Origin: Octopus sinensis
Lineage: Eukaryota
NCBI RefSeq assembly: GCF_006345805.1
Contig: NW_021828084.1
Coordinates: forward strand, 1 to 35,352
Direction of reading: 5' to 3'
DNA: 35,352 nucleotides
The notes under the pieces were generated by a model. The model saw only the letters and a program-made list of their open reading frames with translations, ran no database searches and was not told the DNA's origin. Positions 32,858 to 35,352 of this stretch are shown here, one piece after another. Each line of letters starts with the position of its first letter. Position 1 is the first letter of the stretch. A program made the translations under genes and the position numbers.

Positions 32858-33040
32858 CTTTTATTTGTTTCAGTCATTTGACTGCGGCCATGCTGGAGCA
32901 CCGCTTTTAGTCGAGCTAATCGACCCCCAGGACTTATTCTTTGTAAGCCTAGTACTTATTCTATCGCTCCGTTTTGTCGAACCGCTAAGTTACGAGGGAC
33001 GTAAACACACCAGCATCGGTTGTCAAGCGATGTTGGTGGG
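32858..33040 (-). mobile_element. Family A SINE 3' half (further degenerate pieces at about 8470-8510, 30125-30265, 31232-31295 and 32160-32390)
   Basis: TTGTTTCAGTCATTTGACTGCGGCCATGCTGGAGCACCGC..CATCGGTTGTCAAGCGATG. Confidence 0.85.
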
Positions 33041-33117
33041 ACAAACAAAATATTTTCTTTGCTTTGAGATTGCGTCCTGATCACTGACAAAATTCCTTCA
33101 TTGGAATTTCAACAGAG

Positions 33118-33189
33118 TATATATGTATGTGTGTATGTATGTATGTATGTATGTATGTATGTATGTATGTATGTATGTATGTATGTATA

Positions 33190-33222
<33 letters not shown>

Positions 33223-33321
33223 ATATGTATGTATGTATGTATGTTTATGTATGTAGTATGTATGTATGTATGTATGTATATATGTATGTTATGTATGTAT
33301 GTATGTATGTATGTATGTATG

Positions 33322-33355
<34 letters not shown>

Positions 33356-33489
33356 TGTATGTATGTATGTATGTATGCTTGTATGTATGTATGTATGTAA
33401 GTATGTATGTCTTATTTATGGTATGTATGTATGTATGTATGTATGTATGTATGTATGTCTGCATGTATGTATGTATGTATGTAAGTATG

Positions 33490-33523
<34 letters not shown>

Positions 33524-33721
33524 TGTATGTATGTATGTATGTATGTATGTATGTATGTATGTATGTATGTATGTATATATGTATGTATGTATGTATGTAT
33601 GCATGTATGTATGTATGTATGTATGTATGCATGTATGTATGTATGTATGTATGTATGTATGTATATATGTATGTATATATGTATGCATGTATGTATGTAT
33701 GTATGTATGTATGTATGTATG

Positions 33722-33755
<34 letters not shown>

Positions 33756-34069
33756 TGTATGTATGTATGTATGTATGTATGTATGCATGTATGTATGTAT
33801 GTAAGTATGTATGTATGTAAGTATGTATGTATGTATGTATATGTGCAGATTTGCATGTTTTGCTTTATATATGTATTCTCATGCATATAGCAGCATATCT
33901 AATCATGCTCACATATATTTAAATGATAAACTTCTGGAAAGTTTTACTGAACGTTACTGTTCCAGTGATGGGCTGGATCTGTAGCCATCGATTTTGAGAA
34001 GTCTTATTTCTCAAGACTGGTAATTAGGCTTCCAATAATTACAGGTATCCATGTACGTACGTACGTACG

Positions 34070-34100
<31 letters not shown>

Positions 34101-34589
34101 TTATGTATGTATGTATGTATTATGTATGTATTATTATGTATGTATGTATGTATGTATGTGTGTGGGTGTGTATGTATGTAATGTATGGTATGTATGTATT
34201 GTGTGTATGTATGTGTGTATGTATGTATGTATGTATGTGTGTATGTATGTATGTATGTATGTATGTATGTATGTGTGTGTGTGTATGTATGTATGTATGT
34301 ATGTATGTATGTATGTATGTATGCATGTATGTATATCCTTTTTTTTTCCAGTAAACATTTCGTGCTCTGACGTAAGAAAAAATTTCTATATTCATATGTT
34401 CTCTACTAAATGTGGGTCACTTAAGGATTGTCTCTGGAAAGTTGGAACGGAAGTGTTTGTTAATCTTTTTACATACACACACACATGCACACACGCACGC
34501 ACGCACACACATACATATATATGTACATACACACACCCATACATAGATACAGACACAACTATACATACATACATACATACATACATACA

Positions 34590-34621
<32 letters not shown>

Positions 34622-35352
34622 CCTATACATACATATTCATAATACTCATACACGCGTGCATGCACACCATTATACATGCACACACATACATAAACATACA
34701 TGCAGTTACGTACACTCATAAACTCATACACATATACACAAGCAGTCATAATGTGCTTACATATACTCAGTGAGGGCGCGTGGCTTAGTGGTTAGGGCAT
34801 TCGGCTCATGATCGTAAGGTTGTGAGTTCGATTCCCGGCGACGCGTTGTGTCCTTGAACAAGACACTTTATTTCACGTTGCTCTAGTCCACTCAGCTGGC
34901 AAAAATGAGTTGTACTTGTATTTCAAAGGGTCAGCCTTGTCACTCTCTGTGTCACGCTGATTATCCCCGAGAACTACGTTAAGGGTACACGTGTCTGTGG
35001 AATGCTCAGCCATTTGCACGTTAATTTCACGAGCAAGCTGTTCCGTTGATCGTATCAGCTGGGACACTCGTCGTCGCAACCGACGGAGTCTTATTACATA
35101 TACTCAGGAACACTCGCACACATATACTCAGATATGCACACACACATATATATATACTTACGCATATTCACGTATACACATACACTTATACATGCCGATA
35201 TATGTACGTATACATATGCACACTTATACACACATGCACACATATGCACACACATACACACATGCACACACATATCCACAAACATACACACATACACATA
35301 GACGTAGATGCACACACACATATATATACACACACGCATACACATACACATA
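33118..35352. repeat. (TATG)n arrays (33118-33845, 34050-34335) and (CATA/CA)n tracts (34480-34760, 35095-35352)
   Basis: Direct reading; these account for all long ORFs in the region. Confidence 0.95.
34775..35090 (+). mobile_element. Full tRNA-derived SINE (CORE-like centre, tail shared with the 5967 element)
   Basis: Head GGCGCGTGGCTTAGTGGTTAGGGC..GTTCGATTCCC, centre as in 7445, tail CTTGTCACTCTCTGTGTCACGCTG..ACCGACGGAGT as in 5967. Confidence 0.88.

Overview
Eukaryotic, AT- and microsatellite-rich genomic DNA. The SINE, LINE and microsatellite landscape looks like an octopus or other cephalopod (inference, not confirmed). The whole window is the 5' two-thirds of one minus-strand Src-family tyrosine kinase gene. 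Seven coding exons (27522-27399, 18163-18052, 13651-13553, 10836-10733, 7955-7812, 2861-2697, 847-589) splice GT-AG with matching phases into SH4/unique-SH3-SH2-linker-kinase N-lobe, 336 codons if one missing base near 777-779 is restored. The remaining kinase exons lie beyond position 1. The introns hold a decayed near-full-length R4/Dong-like RLE LINE and two fragments tied to (TAA)n, RTE and CR1 fragments, several tRNA-derived SINE families, a mariner derivative, a Helitron, a MITE-like foldback, 48-bp and 89-bp tandem arrays and a 910-bp tandem duplication. The most striking unexplained structure is a perfect 226-bp inverted repeat (4482-5027). Each arm carries a complete type I hammerhead ribozyme fold with a long stem II and a self-complementary stem III. 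A second family of hammerhead-like variant motifs (4 copies, two in an inverted pair) starts about 430 bp away. All calls were read by eye; no searches or folding programs were run.
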